Below, in pieces: positions 48,376 through 61,821 of a DNA stretch of 64,000 nt. The notes below the pieces were generated by a model. The model made no database searches. It saw nothing but the letters and a program-made list of their open reading frames with translations, and had not been told where the DNA came from. Source of the DNA: Dendrobates tinctorius. Its lineage: Eukaryota. The position numbers and the translations under genes were made by a program. Each line of letters begins with the position of its first letter. Position 1 is the stretch's first letter. Where the stretch lies: positions 21,762,001 through 21,826,000 of the forward strand of contig NW_027361677.1 in the NCBI RefSeq assembly GCF_039654945.1, in the 5' to 3' direction.

Positions 48376-48754
48376 GGCTGTGTGCACACGCTGCGGATTT
48401 TGCTGCGGTTCCGCAGCGGTTTTGGCCGCTGCGGACCCGCAGCAGTTTCTGCTGCGGTGTACAGTACCATGATTCCCTATGGGAATCAAAAACCGCAGTG
48501 CAGACAGTGCGGAATTTTCCGCGCGGATTATCTGCGGTTTTCAATCCGCAGAAAGAATTGACATGTCAATTCTTTCTGCGGATTCTCCTGCGGTTTGCCA
48601 TCTCCTCCATTGAGGAGATGAAAAACCGCAGGGCAAAATCGCAGAGCAATCCGCAGGTAAAACCGCAGGTCTTTTGACCTGCGGTTTCACCTGCGGATTG
48701 TACAAAATCCGCGCGGATGAATCCGCACCTTTTCCGCAGCGTGTGCACACAGCC
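48376..48754. mobile_element. PIF/Harbinger-like MITE
   Basis: GGCTGTGTGCACACGCTGCGG...CCGCAGCGTGTGCACACAGCC perfect TIRs; flanks taa and tca. Confidence 0.85.
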
Positions 48755-49551
48755 TCAAACCACTTTTGCTGCTCATTTGAGCGTTTCCTTTCCGCTCTCT
48801 TTTTTGAAAAACATCAAATAGGAAAAAAAAAGAGAAAGTGAATGTGACATTTTTGAATCGGATCCAAAAGAGACACTGGCTGGTCAAAAAGTTTCAGGGG
48901 AAAAAAAAGTTTTGAAAAGTTTTAAAAACTTGTTTGAAAAAGAAAGCCACCCACCTCCAAAAAATCTTTATCTATACTGCTCATTGACTTAATTTGTCAA
49001 CTAATTACTTCTATGTTGTAAAAAGTTAATAAACCGGCTTCAGACGTCATATGAAAAAATCATGCCTGGCTCCACATGCTCATCGTAGGGCAGACAAGTG
49101 GAAGCGCTGCCTTCTATCGCGTGCGCTATTAAAGTGTGCTGCAATAGTGCACGCTGCAAATTGGCACATTGGTAACGGTCCGCTCCATTGACATGCACAG
49201 CACACGGACTGAAAACACGCTCGTCTGAAGGAGCCCAATAAAAATCCTAAAAATAAACGTATCTGCACATTTTTGTATAAAGTGCTTAAGAAGAAAATTG
49301 GCTAAAAAAAGGCCCAGTAGTTTCTCAGATGCAGGGAGCGGGTCAGAACCAGAGTGCAATGACAGATATAGCGAACATCTGCCATATTAGAGTACATTAT
49401 ATTAAGGGTATTGTATTGATAATGATTCCCTGCTCCATATGCATTTGTCTATATCCATTGATGATTGCCATTTTTCAATTAATATTCAAAATCCAGATAA
49501 AATTTACATAAAAGTTAACTTGCAGATACATTACATTATTTACACTGTACT

Positions 49552-50438
49552 TGAGCTACATCTTGTATTATAGTCCAGAGCTGCACTCACTATTCTGCTG
49601 GTGCAGTCACTGTGTACATACATTACATTACTGATCCTGAGTTACATCTTGTATTATAGTCAAGAGCTGCACTCACTATTCTGCTGGTGGAGTCACTGTG
49701 TACATACATACATTACATTACTGATCCTGAGTTACATCCTGTATTATACTTCAGAGCTGCACTCACTATTCTGCTGGTGCAGTCACTGTGTACATACATT
49801 ACATTACTGATCCTGAGTTACACCTGTATTATACTCCAGAGCTGCACTCACTATTCTGCTGGTGCAGTCACTGTGTACATACATTACATTACTGATCCTG
49901 AGTTACATCTTGTATTATACTCCAGAGCTGCACTCACTATTCTGCTGGTGGAGTCACTGTGTACATACATACATTACATTACTGATCCTGAGTTACATCC
50001 TGTATTATACTCCAGAGCTGCACTCACTATTCTGCTGGTGCAGTCACTGTGTACGTACATTACATTACTGATCCTGAGTTACATCTTGTCTTATAATCAA
50101 GAGCTGCACTCACTATTCTGCTGGTGCAGTCACTGTGTACATACATTACATTACTGATCCTGAGTTACATCCTGTATTATACCCCAGAGCTGCACTCACT
50201 ATTCTGCTGGTGCAGTCACTGGGTACATACATTACATCACTGATCCTGAGTTACATCCTGTATTATACCCCAGAGCTGCACTCACTATTCTGCTGGTGCA
50301 GTCACTGTGTACATACATTACATGACTGATCCTGAGTTACCTCCTGTATTATACCCCAGAGCTGCACTCACTATTCTGCTGGTGGAGTCACTGTGTACAT
50401 ACATTACATTACTGATCCTGAGTTACATCCTGTATTAT
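49552..50438 (+). repeat. 86-bp satellite array (same family as 25181-26056)
   Basis: Direct tandem repetition, ~10 copies. Confidence 0.95.
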
Positions 50439-53400
50439 GTTGAATCTTTTTATTGAAAAAACAAATAGACAAATGTAACATACAAGACAACAAACATTAT
50501 ACACCAAGCCGTACAAAATCGCAGTATAGTCAGTCTCGAATAAAGTTGAAACATCTTCTGAATCGAGGGCTCGTAATGTCTCGGGGAGATAAATATTGGT
50601 GTATATTCATATACACTACCATGTACAAAAAACAAACCAAGTACTTGGCACTATAGGTTGGTAAGCTCAGCTAAATAATAATTCGTTGTACATTATTTAC
50701 TTATGTGCATTGGAACAGTTGGAGAAATGTCATTCCTCCCCAAGTATCCTCTGATACATAAGCAGTGCATATGGTCAAACTCAAGAAAACAATTGCAAAC
50801 AAACGTAGCAACATCTTTACGTGTAGCAGCAGAGGTGTATTTCAGAAGAAGAGAAAAAAAAAAGTGGGGGGGGGGGGGAAGCGGACACCAGAGCTCCAAA
50901 CCGATCTCTAAGAAGCCTCCTCAACCAATTGAGGTAGTTCAGTAGTTTCCTTGAACAAGATCCAAGGTTGTCACACACGGATTAAACGGATGTTGTCCCC
51001 TTCCATTTCAGCCATCAATTCTTCCATATGGAAGATGTCTGCGAATTCCGACACCCATTCCGCCGTAGTTGGCGGTGCCGCCGTGTGCCAGTGGCGAGGA
51101 ATTACGATGCGTGCCGCGGTCATACAAAACCGGAGAAGGCTCCGTTTCTGAGTGAATATGGGACCCGGAAGGATCGAGAGGATGGCAATTTGCGGGGAGG
51201 GGAGAACATACTCTACAGAAATTCTATGATAAGCCAAGAACACCTTCTTCCAGAAGGGCCGTATAGCGGGGCACTGCCACCATATATGGAATAGTGTGCC
51301 TCTCTCGGCTCCACACCGCCAGCAGGTGTCGTCTACCAACGGGATAACAGACTTTAGTCTGGGGACAGGTACCATCTGGTCAGTATCTTAAAATTTTTCT
51401 CATGTGCGCCCCCAGCCGAGGACATCTTGTGTGTGAAAAGGTAGGCTTTGTCAAGGTTTTCAGCAGAAAATTTATATCCCATCTCCTCTTCCCATGCTCG
51501 GATGTAACTCGGTATCGCATCCGAGTCCCCAGCATGGAGTTCCTTGTAAAAAAGGGAAATCAAATGAGAGGGAGGGTCCTGCTGTTGTAGTAAATTTTCT
51601 AGCCTTGTCATGGGGGGACGAGAAGTGCGGTCAACCAAATGTCGCCCTCAATTGATTGTATTCCATCCAGGAGAGTAGCCTAGTGGGAAACTTTCCGTAA
51701 GGTTTCCAAAGATGGAATATCCCCTCCCACCAGAACCTGTCCCAGGCGTAAGTCAGTACTAATATGCCAACCCAAAAATTGGTCTCTGTGACATCCAGGA
51801 GGAAAATCCGGGTTACCAAAGATTGGTGTCAACGGGTTCAGGGTACTGATCAATTTCTTTTTAAATCGGTTCCATAGCTGTAGAGCTTCTCGCGCCAAAA
51901 AGCCTGTGGATCCCTCAGGGTTGTCTGCAGCAAAGTCATAGCGTCGGATCCATGGAAGGTGCCGCAGAGGGATATTAAAGGATGTCTGTTCTAGTTGAAC
52001 CCATTGTTTGGAACGGTGGCCGAATTGCCAGTCGAATAGACGTGCAAGTATGGAGGCTCGATGGTCAAGTTCTAGGTCAGGGAGGCCCGCACCGCCTCTG
52101 GATTTCGGGGTAGTCAGGATAGTGCACTTTAGACGGGGCTTAGAGGTCTGCCAAATAAAACGGGTCAGTGCAGATCTGATGGTCTGGAAGAATGCCTTCG
52201 GTGGTATAATCGGAACCGCCTGGAACAGATATAAAAACCTGGGAAGAACATCCATCTTAAATGAGTTCATCCTGCCAAACCACGAGATATTCTTTCGTCC
52301 GTACTCAAACGTTTCAGGGTCGATTCTAAGAGGGGCAAATAGTTTAGTTTGTAAAGGTCAGTCATGGCGGTAGGATTTGAATACCCAAATATTGAATGGC
52401 TCCGGATTTCCACCGAAAGGGGAAATTCCCCATGGTCCTCTCAAGCTCTGCCTGTCCCAGGGATATGTTAAGGGCTTCGCTTTTCTGAAAATTAATTTTA
52501 AAATTAATGACTGCACTATATTTTTGAAACTCTGCCATCAACGACGGGAGGGTAATGTGCGGCTGGGATACGTACAACAGTAGGTCATCAGCGTAAAGAG
52601 AGACCTTATAATGAGCGCGGTCCACCGATAGACCATGCACACTGGGATTCCTTCTAATTGCCACCGCCAAATGTTCCATTACCACCGTGTATAAAAGGGG
52701 CGACAGAGGGCAACCCTGTCGTGTGCCATTCCCAATGGTTATGGAATCTGATATTGCCCCATTGACTCTAACCCTTGCCGAAGGATCGGGATATAGAGCT
52801 GCAACCCTATGTAGGAAACTGTTCCCTAGGCCCATCTGTCGTAAGGCTGAAAACATGAAGCCCCAGTGTACACGGTCAAAGGCCTTCTCCGCGTCAATCG
52901 ACAGCAAAGCCAGTGGCTTGTGTTTTAATTTAGCATGTGCAGTCAAAATGAGGGTCTTGCCTATGCCGTCTCTCGCTTCTCTCCTCCGTACAAACCCCAC
53001 CTGGTCCGAATGTACAACTAAAGGCAGGAGGGGAGCCAGTCGGTTAGCTAAAATTTTCGCGTAAAGTTTTACATCAACGTTCATGAGGGATATTGGGCGA
53101 TAATTAGTCACCACCTTGGGGTCTTTCCCTGGCTTCGGTATTACTGTAATAAACGCCTCTAAGGATTGTGGGAGAAACGGGGAGTCGCTTGAGATGGAGT
53201 TAAAGACCAACGTCATAATGGGATTAAGTTGTTCTCGAAACATCTTGTAGAAATAAGGGGAGAAGCCGTCCGGTCCCGGACTTGTACCAGCCGGGGTGAT
53301 CCGAATGACCTCGTCAATCTCCTCAGTCGTAAAATCAGTGTCCAATGGTGTCGTTAAGTCTGTGGCCAATGTCGGGAGGGCAGTATCATGTATATAAGAT

Positions 53401-54743
53401 TCTATTTGTGGTTGGGGGTCCAGGGGCGATTGAGGGGAGCCATCTCCGTTAATATTGTACAATGATAATAACGTCGCATTATGTCAAGGATTTCCGTTGG
53501 GTTCGACGTTGTCTGACCGCGGTGTTGCTGGAGAGATGGGATGTATGTGGTCTGACTTCGTGGCTGCAGAAATCTAGCTAACAGACGTCCACATTTATTA
53601 GCATGGCCGTATAATATACTCTTAAAGCGATTTCTATGATGACTGGACTTCTCGTTTAGCAGGGACTTCAGGTCATCTCTACATTTGATCAGGTCAATCT
53701 GCATCCCCGTCCCCAGACCCGTCTTATGTCTTGCCTCCAGGGTTAGTATTTTTTCCGTGAGGTCCATAATTTCCCTATTTTTCGTTTGTTTCAGGCGGGA
53801 GTCGTGTTTAATAAGTACCCCTCTAAGGACGCATTTAAGGGTTTCCCATTTGATAGGCACAGCGGTGGTGTCGTGTGATCTTGTAAGAATGCTGCTATGG
53901 TAGTCTTAACATCAGCCACACAGGTAGGGTCTTTTAAAAGATTATCATTCAATCTCCACGTCCACTGGCGCGTCCCCGAGTCAGGAGGACTGATGTCCAG
54001 AAAGACTGGAGCATGATCCGACCATGGGAAACTTCCAATGGACGGTTTTGGGTCCCAGGCCAATGCGCAATGACTAAGGAGAAAGAAGTCTATTCTGATG
54101 GGCAGATGACATGGTGTAGTTTGCCTGCCCACTCATCGCAGGGTCTGCTTCCCCCTGTACTGTGGCACCATTGGTGGTGATAGGATTGGCGTTAGGGGGG
54201 GGTAAAGATGCCTCCCTGAAAGTATGGTGTGGAGAGCTCCGGAGAAATCTCCTCTGGATCCTCGCATGCTTCGCTGGTGCGAGGCTGTACTGGTTTGTCT
54301 GCGGGGACTCCCTGTGAGAGACGGGCCTCCATGGGCTCGGCGGTTTTATTATGGGGAGAGCACCCTGTCTCCTGCGGGGCCTCTGAGTTCACCCCGTCAG
54401 ATCCCCAAGGGGTCCCCCTGCGGTCCTCCTTCCCTTCAGACTGCTCCCCCCCCCCCCACCTTCTGTACCTTGCCTCCCTTTGACGGCGGAGCCGGTTGCA
54501 CTTTGTGCCGCATCCATCATGGCGCCTGCGGCCTTCTTCCTCCCCGCTCCTGTGAAGTAGCGGGAGATGTTATGGGGAGCCTGTTCGGATGCCACAGGGC
54601 CGGTGGACGTGCTCCCTCTGGTTCTCCTGGTGGACATCGGGGTAGAAGGCATCTGAGTAAGTCTCTGATCAGGTCGGTTACCGGTATAGGAGCGTGAGGT
54701 CTCCAGAACACGTCCTTACTCCTCGCCGGCCATGCCACGCCCC
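50439..54743 (-). mobile_element. L1-clade LINE, degenerate, with internal deletion
   Basis: 5' end GGGGCGTGGC; EN C-terminus (RIDFFL...SDHAPV, WRLN); RT (PGPDGF, NYRPISL, DAEKAFDRV, GTRQGCPLSP, YADD); zinc knuckle CWRC...H.WW.C; AATAAA near the 3' end; ~15-bp TSD-like tacatcctKtattat. Confidence 0.93.
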
Positions 54744-55682
54744 CTACATCCTTTATTATACTCCAGAGTGGCGCTCACTATTCTGCTGGTGCAGTCACTG
54801 TGTACATACATTACTTATCCAGTACTGATCTAATGTACACAGTGACTGCATCAGCAGAATAGTGAGTGCAGCTCTGGAGTATAATACAGGATGTAACTCC
54901 GGATCAGTAATGTAATGTATGTACACAGTGACTGCACCAGCAGAATAGTGATTGCATCTCTGGGGTATAATACAGGATGTAACTCAGGATCAGTAATGTA
55001 ATGTATGTACACAGTGACTGCATCAGCAGAATAGTGAGTGCAGCTCTGGGGTATATATAATACAGGATGTAACTCAGGATCAGTAATGTATGTACACAGT
55101 GACAGCACCAGCAGAGTAGTGAGTGCAGCTCTCGGGTATAATACAGGATGTAACTCAGGATAAGTACAGGAGAAGTAATGTAATGTATGTACACAGTGAC
55201 TGCACCAGCAGAATAGTGAGTGCAGCTCTGGAGTATAATACAGGATGTAACTCAGGATCAGTAATGTAATGCATGTACACAGTGACTGCACCAGCAGAAT
55301 AGTGAGTGCAGCTCTGGAGTATAATACAGGAGGTAACTCAGGATCAGTAATGTATGTACACAGTGACAGCACCAGCAGAGTAGTGAGTGCAGCTCTGGGG
55401 TATAATACAGGATCTAACTCAGGATCAGTAATGTAATGCATGTACACAGTGACTGCACCAGCAGAATAGTGAGTGCAGCTCTGGGGTATAAAAAAGGATG
55501 TAACTCAGGATCAGTAATGTAATGCATGTACACAGTGACTTCACCAGCAGAATAGTGAGTGCTGCTCTGGGGTATAATACAGGATGTAACTCAGGATCAG
55601 TAATGTATGTACACAGTGACTGCACCAGCAGAATAGTGAGTGCAGCTCTAGAGTATAATACAGGATGTAACTCAGGATCATT
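54744..55682. repeat. 86-bp satellite: one forward unit, then a reverse-orientation array from ~54831
   Basis: Orientation switch visible at ~54830. Confidence 0.93.
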
Positions 55683-58371
55683 AGTCTTTTTTCAGGAGTC
55701 TCCCCACTAGAAAAAGTTTTAGTCACTGACCCAAGGTCAAATACAGAACAAACTGTAATCACAAGGGCAATAATATACTCTGATTTCAGGATGTACAGTA
55801 CCAGGAAACTGGACCAGCAGGTTGTTGTTCTTGGAAGAGCTGCAATTAATTACAGTACCTGCTAGTAGCTAAGTATACAACATCCCATAGTATGAGAATG
55901 AGCCTGACCCACTGCTGGAGACTGCACGAGACTGCACCTGTATAATGTCCTGTACCCCCTGACAGAAGTCTGCCTATGAAAGGTTCAGACCAGCAGATGA
56001 GATCTGTACAGGGCTATGGCTTGTGATTAAAGGGGTTATCCACATAAAACATTATTGCTTACGGGGTCGATTAAAAACGTTCCACCCTTTGGCATTCAAA
56101 GGCTCTTTGTTTCCTTGCACTTTCCACTGTGATCTGGTCTGTGGTCATAAATCAGCTGAGAGGAGCTCAGGAATAGACAGATGAAAAAGCTAAAAACTCT
56201 CCAACCAGAAGGAGCTCACTGACAGATTCTCATTTAACTCATTCTGCAGCAAGCAATGGAAGCTAGAAGCTATAAAAGGTGCAACATTTTTAAAGAAGCC
56301 TAATTGCAAAAATGATTTTTACCCTCCAGATATAAGCATTTAAGTAAAGAAAAAAATTGAAAAAATGTCCCCAAAGGTGGACAACCCCTTTAAGTCTGCT
56401 GATGAGATCTAAGCCGAAACTCAACCCTCTGATGAAATGTCGAGAGATAAACCCACTGTCAGGATCTGATCGACGGTTATCACATGGCATCAGTGACTTT
56501 ACGTGACTTGTGCTGCTTTTACACAACTGCATTTTATATTATCTCAGCTGTTTGTTGTTGATGGGTAAACTGGGCGCAGCCGGGTTATATTTACGGTTGG
56601 CACTGCCCTCATACACCCAACAAGAGTTATTGACCTCCTGAGTGTGTACAACCATCTAAATGATATTTCTGACTGCTACGATAAGCTGTGATCTGGGTGG
56701 AGATTCATGAACACATGTTCCGTATACCTGCAGCACCCCCGCAGGATAAAATCGGCATTACACACTTAAAAAAAAAAATCAATGCGTTTTTTTAAATAAT
56801 ACACGGATCTTCCAGACTCACTAAAGTGAGGTAAGCTCTTTATAGTCAATTGTGTAGTTGATTAATAGCTGATGGTCATGACTGCAGCATCCCACTCCGC
56901 CCTTTTATAACAGAATTTCTTAAAAGCGTATTTGAAAATCGGTTTCCTAAAACAGACTTCCCCTTCAATTTGTTCTTCTTTTTTCCTAAGCACGGACTTG
57001 CCCCATGGGCTCTGACTCAGTCAGTTTTTCTAGTACCCATCCTGCATGCTGACGGTTTCCAGGTAGCAAGATAATATTGAATGAAAAAGGCGAGATTTTA
57101 CCAGATACGTAAAGTTGGGGATCCGACCTCTGAGACGGGAACAATTCTTGGAATGATGGAAGTGGCGCACTGGTTGCATTTTTCCCTGCTTTTTGGCTGT
57201 CCAAGAAGTTTGGCCGCCCGCTCTCCAGGGAAATGCAGCAATGGGGATAGCGCCAAAATAATCACTTTTATGACCATTATTGCACCTTGTAACTCTGACT
57301 GAGCTTCTGTGCAGCGAGAAGAAAGTGAGAGGGACACTTATGTTGTATCACTTACCGACTAGTGTCCAGATCACACGATCATTCATTAATTTTGCATCTC
57401 TTGCAAGAAGCAGCTGAATTATGCATGCCGGAGCTGAAAGCACACATCAATCCATATAACCTGTGCCTTCACCAATCTCGCTGGATTCTACCTTTTCATG
57501 CTTTTTCTCATCGTGTAAATGGCCGATCTTGCAATGCGTGGGCACCGTGGCTATCTATTCTGCAGTCTGATCACAGGGGTTGTCTCACCAACAATCCTAT
57601 TCATGGGCCACCTCCAAATCTGCGATCACTTGGTGCATACCCCCTGAGATCGCGCAGAGTCCACAGCTCCGTTATTTGGTCACTGAATGATGCCACCTTG
57701 GATCACTTTCTGCAGGGTCTTAATATTTTTTGCACTTTGAGGAGTATTAGGAAATGGCCTAGCTCTATTATCTGATGGAATATGTGGGCAGTATATGGCG
57801 GTATTATTTTTGCCAATGCATGCTTTCATTATTTTGGCTAAGTATAAAGTATTTTTTGGAAAACTGCCTAATTCTATAACCTGTGCCCTGAATGATGTCA
57901 CACTTGGGCACTCTATGGTTCCACTGTTTGGGAGATGTACGTAGTGTCATTTGGACACAGTATGGGTTTATTATTTGTCGTACTGGTGTGTATAATTTCC
58001 TGCAGGTGTACGACATTCTTGTTTTTCCTGTAACTTTTTTTTTTTAAGTTACTTTGTTTTTAAAGCAAAGTTTGCCCAGGGGCGCCTGCAAATCCTTGAT
58101 CTTTATATTTTCGCCATAATCCACTTCACTACACTTGTCCTTATTCTTCAGTGACAACCTGTGTGCGATGGACCCCCACAGTACGATGAGGGGAGCAGGA
58201 CACAATGTTTGTACTTGAAACATTACTGAGCTGATGTTAGAAACTGTCAGCATGTACACTGACCTGGAGTCATATACCGTGTCCGGTGAGTAACGACTGG
58301 TAGTCTGACCGTTGGGATCTACATCAATCACTAAAATGGAGGTCCAGATTCTGAATGGACAACCCCTTTAA

Positions 58372-58913
58372 CGTGAGCCTGTCAGCAGTTTTGGCCGCTA
58401 TAATATGCAGCCACCGCCTTTCAGAGCCGATCTACAGCATTCTATAATGCTGCAGATAAGAGAAATAAGTTTTATTATACTCACCCAGGGGCGGTCTAGT
58501 CCGATGGGTATCACAGGTTTGGGTCCGGCGCCACCCTCCTCCTTGCTTCATGGCTCCCCGGCATCGCACTCCTGCGCAGGCGTACTTATGTGCCCTGTTG
58601 AGGGCAAAGAAAAGGACAGAGAGGCCCAGCGCCTGCGCACTGCAGGAATCTGCTCTGCACTCAACAGGACAGATCAGTACACCTGCGCAGGAGCGTGATG
58701 CCGGAGAGCCAAGCAGCAAGTAGTAGGGTGGCATCGCAAGATGGGAGGTGCTGAACCCAGACCTGTGACACCCATCAGACCGGACCACCACTGCATAATA
58801 AAACATATTTTGCTTCTTTTGCATGTCGGATCAGGGGCTTAGCTGCAGCTTATATCAGCTCTGAACGGCGGTGGCCGCATCTTATATCTGCCAAACCAGG
58901 TGACAGGTTCCCT
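58372..58913. mobile_element. TTAA-flanked T2/Kolobok-like MITE
   Basis: ttaa|cgtgagcctgtca...tgacaggttccct|ttaa; internal inverted arms (ctcctgcgcagg / cctgcgcaggag). Confidence 0.7.
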
Positions 58914-59721
58914 TTAACCAGTCGTCTCCTAAACGCCACAACTTTCAACCTGGTTTCTCCCACTGCATCTGGTGGCCAATGCGGGGGTCTGCATGGCCAT
59001 TACCTTTATTATTGTGCCTCATTAGCCCCCACCTGTGGTTGTGATTTTGGCCACATGAAGGATGGGTATGGCACGCTGTCATCGGGGCGGGCAGCTATAA
59101 TTGCCAGCTTTCTGATCAGACTATTTTAGTGTGTAATTACAGGTTGTGCTGTTAATAGAGCAATGTAATTAGTGCCATGTCTGGTAAAGTATAGCCAATT
59201 AGGGTTATTTACGGTGATGGATTGGTTGCTACACCTATAACATGCACGAGGAGGCAATATCCCCCTAAAAAGTGACCTTCAAAATGTATCTAGCAACCAA
59301 TCTTACTGAGATCCATGCATCAATAATCTATAGGATACTGTAACAAAGGGAATAATCAGAGAGGTGAGTGCAAAGTGGTGATCTAATGTGCAAAACAAGT
59401 GAGTACACCCTGCCGCAGTTGAATGTGAAGGAGCACTGGGGAGGGGGCCACTACCACCTCCAGAGCAGCACATAAATGAGTGCATTCGCTATTGGACTGT
59501 ACAGGGCTCACATACTGGTCCTCCACAGGAGGCGCTCTTTGGATAGACAGATAAAAAAGCAAAAGCAGCAACAGCAATGGATCCAGGTGCTGTGCCTCTC
59601 AGGCACACACCAAACATTCAATATTACAGAAATCATTGGAGGTAGCACACCAGCTTGTACAGGTGAAAAAAAGCTATTTAGTAGCCCATAATGGCGACGT
59701 TTCAGCTACAAGTGAGTACTT

Positions 59722-61080
59722 TAGAATCATACAATGTTAGAGTTGGAAGGGATCTCCAGGGTCCTCGTGTCCAACCCCCTGCTCAATGCAGGGTTCACTA
59801 AACCATCCCAGACAGATGTCAGTCCAGCCTCTGTGCGAAGACTTCCATGGAAGGAGAACTCACCACCTCTTGTGGCACTCTGGTCCACTCACTGATCACC
59901 CTCACTGTCATATAGTTTTTTTTCTAATATCTCTCGGCCCCCAACAGGTCATGTTTTCAGGATTTCCTTAGTATTTCACAGGTGATTGAAGTATCATCAA
60001 GGCATCAGGAATTCTCTCACATGTGTAACACTATGGAAATCCTGAAAACATGACCTGTTGGGGTCTGTGAGAACTGGAGTTTGGGAACCACTGCTCTACA
60101 CAGTGACATCCCTTCAGATATTTGTAGATGGTTATTATGTCATCTCTTTTTTTTACAAGCTAAACATTCCCAAACCCTGTAACCGTTCCTCGTAGGACAT
60201 ACTTTGCAGTCCGCTCACCATCCTGGTAGCTCTTCTCTGAACTTGCTCCAGTTTTTCAATGTCTTTTAATGTGTTGTCCAGAACTGGACCCAGTATTCCA
60301 GATGAGGCCTGACCAAGGAAGAGTAGAGGGGATAAAGACATGACATGATCTAGTCTGTATGCTTGTCTTATTGCAGCCTATAAAACTGCCTTTTTTGCTG
60401 CTGCATCACACTGTTGACTTATCAGCAGTCTGTGATCTATTAGTATACACAAATCTTTTTCACTCGTGCTGTTGCTTAGATTCCTCCCATTCTGTAGATG
60501 TAATTCTAGTTTTTCTTGCTCAGATGTAGAATCTTGCATCTCTCCTTGTTAAATACTATTCTATTACTTTCTGCCCATTGTTCAAGCTTATCTAGATCTT
60601 TCAGATTCCATTTGCCATCCTTTCTAGTGTTACCTATCCCTCCTAGCTTTGCATCGTCTGCAAATTTGACCAGTTAACCTTCAGTTCCCATATCTAGATC
60701 ACTTATATAAAATGAACACCCCTGGGGCCAGGACAGAGTCTTTTTGTACTCCACTTGAAACACTCTTCCAATTGGATGTGCAACTATGATCACGGGTGCG
60801 ATCACTAAGCCAATTATGAATTCACCTAACCGCAGCCTTGTCAATCCCATACTTTAAGGTTAGTATGTGATACTTTATCAAATGCTTTGCTGAAGTTGAG
60901 ATATACTATATCTACCGCATTTCCCCGATCCACCCAGTCAGTGACTCCATCATAGAAGGAAATTAGAGTCATCTGGCATGACTTGTTTGCTACAAACCCA
61001 GGCTGGCTCTGGTTACAGTATTCTTATCCAGGTACTTGCATACCTGCTGTCTAACAATTTGTTCCGATAGCTTTCCTCGA
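59722..61080 (-). mobile_element. CR1-type LINE 3' fragment, with a small inverted-repeat insert at ~59935-60095
   Basis: [32 protein letters not shown] and DIVYLNFSKAFDKVSH on the - strand. Confidence 0.85.
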
Positions 61081-61239
61081 AAAAGCCTGAGCGAGGTTCC
61101 CACTTGTTGCCATTATGTGCTATTAAACAGCATTTTTTTCACCTTTACAAGCTGCTGTGCTGCCTCCTTTCTATATTAGATACACAGAGACTGATATAGA
61201 TAGTAGTAGCTGACAGATGTGATAGATGAAGGCTATGAC

Positions 61240-61748
61240 ACAGAGAGGTCACTGATGACGTCATGGCAGGCTGTGATACTACGGACAGTCGGTGACGTAA
61301 CCATCACGTGCCTCTTGTCGCTCAGATCAGTCGCCTGACTGGCACTTGTTGCATTCCGCCGTCTCATTGGCTAACAAGCGACAGAACTCGCAGCCAATCA
61401 GCCGCACATGCTGACAGCACGGTCTGCTGCTACGTCACTCTCCAATCCCCGCCCAGGAATCGCGTCATCCTTCGTAAACACATGTCAGCGCATGTCACGG
61501 CTCAGCTCCGCCCTTAGTTACCGTCGCTAACCGTTGCTGGCTCGTCTAATCCGTCCCCTTAGTAACACTGAAACTCCGCCCATCTCCTTGGAACGGTCTC
61601 TCAGCACAAAGGCCCCTCCCCGCGCCTGCGCAGTAGCCTGTCAGTAGGGGGGCGTGCCGTCGGTTCCTGTCAGTGTGTGAGGAGAGCGGAGCAGCGGACC
61701 CTGGGACTTCACGAGTTATCCGCGCAGCTGCTGCTGGCCCGGGCGGCC
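61240..61748 (+). promoter_or_regulatory. NFAT5 CpG-rich promoter / 5'UTR
   Basis: CRE TGACGTCA 61256-61263, E-box CACGTG 61305-61310, ATTGG/CCAAT pair (~61366, ~61394), GC boxes, NRF1-like gcgcctgcgca at ~61622. Confidence 0.75.
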
Positions 61749-61821
61749 ATGCCCTCCGACTTTATATCGCTGCTCAGCGCCGACCTTGACCTTGAGTCCC
61801 CGAAGTCGCTGTACTCTAGAG
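61749..61821 (+). CDS. NFAT5: Nuclear factor of activated T cells 5 (TonEBP) exon 1; gene continues beyond the window
   Basis: [24 protein letters not shown] followed by G|gtgagc, matching the known NFAT5 long-isoform N-terminus; synteny with CYB5B and TERF2. Confidence 0.95.

Noticed and set aside
52362-53462. 366-aa reverse transcriptase as an active or domesticated gene (e.g. telomerase-related)
   Set aside because: Standard L1 ORF2 motifs, broken by frameshifts on both sides
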